Positions 62,838 to 64,000 of a stretch of DNA of 64,000 nt are shown here, piece after piece. Positions within the stretch are counted from its first letter, which is position 1. Each line of letters opens with the position of its first letter. The stretch is from NCBI GenBank assembly GCA_030390025.1, contig JASTWF010000033.1, positions 2,482,001-2,546,000 of the forward strand, in the 5' to 3' direction. The stretch is from Squalus acanthias. Its lineage: Eukaryota. The translations under genes and the position numbers were made by a program. The notes beneath the pieces are model-generated. The model did not search any database and was not told the origin of the DNA. It saw nothing but the letters and a program-made list of their open reading frames with translations.

Positions 62838-63392
62838 GACTCCAGCCCTACAACCCTCCCTATCTCCGTAACGTCCTCCAGCCCCGACAATGCTCCTTTT
62901 TGTGTAAACTCCTCCAACCCTACAAAACTCTCTTTCTCTGTAACCTCCTACAGACCTACAACCCTCCCTATCTCTGTAACGTCCTCCAGCCTCCAGCCCC
63001 CAGAGCCCTCCTTAAATCTATAACCTCCACTAGCCGCACAACCTTCCCTATCTCATTAACCTGCTCCAGCCCTACAACCCTCCCTATCTCTGTAACCTCA
63101 TCCAGCCCTACAACCCTCCCTATCTCTGTAACCTCATCCAGCCCTACAACCCTCCCTATCTCTGTAACCGCCTCCAGCCCTACAAACCTCCCTACCTCTG
63201 TAACCTCATCCAGCCCTACAACCCACCCAATCTCTGTAACATCCTCCAATATCTACAACCTCCCGATCTCAGTAACTTCCTCCAGCACTACAAACCTCTT
63301 TATCACTTTACCCTCCTCTGGCTCTACAACCCTCCGTAACTCTGAAACCTCCTCCAGCAGCTAGAAAACTCCCTATCTCTGTACACTCCTCC
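62838..63392. repeat. 36-bp minisatellite (CTCCAGCCCTACAACCCTCCCTATCTCTGTAACCTC)n
   Basis: Directly visible; the SSSPTTLPISVT ORF is its translation. Confidence 0.93.
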
Positions 63393-64000
63393 TTGGACCT
63401 GGTCCTGTGTAATGAGTCAGGATTAATTAATAATGTCCTAGTTAATGATCCCCTTGGAATGAGTGACCATAAAATGGTTGAATTCCATATCCAATTAGAG
63501 GGTGAGAAGGTTGGTTCTCAAACAAGCGTACTGAGCTTGAATAAAGGAGACTATGATGGTATGAGAGCGGAATTGATTAAAGTGGACTGGGAAAATAGAT
63601 TAAAGGGTAAGACGGTACATGAGCAGTGGTGTTCATTTAAGGAGTTATTTTACAACATTCAAAAGAAATATATTCCACTGAGAGAAAAAGGGTGTAAAGG
63701 AAATGACAGCCATCCGTGGCTAAGTAAAGAAATTAAGGATAGTATCCGACTAAAAACAAGGACATATAAGGTAGCCAAACTTAGTGGGAGGACGGAAGAT
63801 TGGGAAGTCTTCAGAAGACAGCAAAAAGTAACTAAAGAATTGATTAAGAAAGGGAAAATAGATTATGAAAATAAATTAGCAAAAAAATATAAAAACAGAT
63901 AGCAAGAGTTTCTATAGTTGTATTAAAATAAAAAGGGTGGCTAAGGCAAACGCAGGCCCCTTAGAGGATGAGACCGGGAAATTAATGGTGGGAAACATGG
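63393..64000 (+). mobile_element. 5'-truncated CR1 ORF2 (end of APE and linker), continuing beyond the window
   Basis: LDLVLCNE…DPLGMSDHKMVEF; homologous to 28597-29210. Confidence 0.93.

Noticed and set aside
62900..63364. mucin-like Ser/Thr/Pro-rich ORF
   Set aside because: It is a translation of the 36-bp minisatellite, with no signal peptide or splice context.

Overview
This is eukaryotic, repeat-saturated vertebrate DNA, most likely from a cartilaginous fish (shark). That call is inferred from the repeat content: many CR1 LINEs, a Deu-domain SINE of the SacSINE1/AmnSINE1 type, V-SINE (HE1-like) pieces and a GPR139-like receptor exon. The only host-gene sequence I can support is a class A GPCR of the GPR139/GPR142-like type. 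Its main coding exon (34621-35522) is intact, but both candidate first exons (about 14.0 kb and about 33.4 kb) are frame-disrupted as assembled. Everything else is transposable elements and tandem repeats: a 7-kb 22-bp satellite with higher-order duplications; more than 10 CR1 copies, one of them near full length with an ORF1 esterase; L2, RTE/BovB-like and CR1/L2-group LINE remnants; three SINE types; a 6.5-kb decayed LTR/ERV element with paired ~905-bp LTRs; three TIR-bounded non-autonomous DNA transposons; and at least seven other minisatellite or satellite families. The most interesting signals are minisatellites caught arising from TE sequence (a 33-bp unit expanding inside SINEs, a 42-bp unit derived from the CR1 3' end), two near-identical headless V-SINE/CR1 chimeras with the same 5' boundary, a CR1 with a duplicated, A-to-G-biased 3' end, and multiple decayed copies of the GPCR first exon. 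I see no prokaryotic-type system. Family names come from recognition only, not database searches, and boundaries of old elements are approximate.
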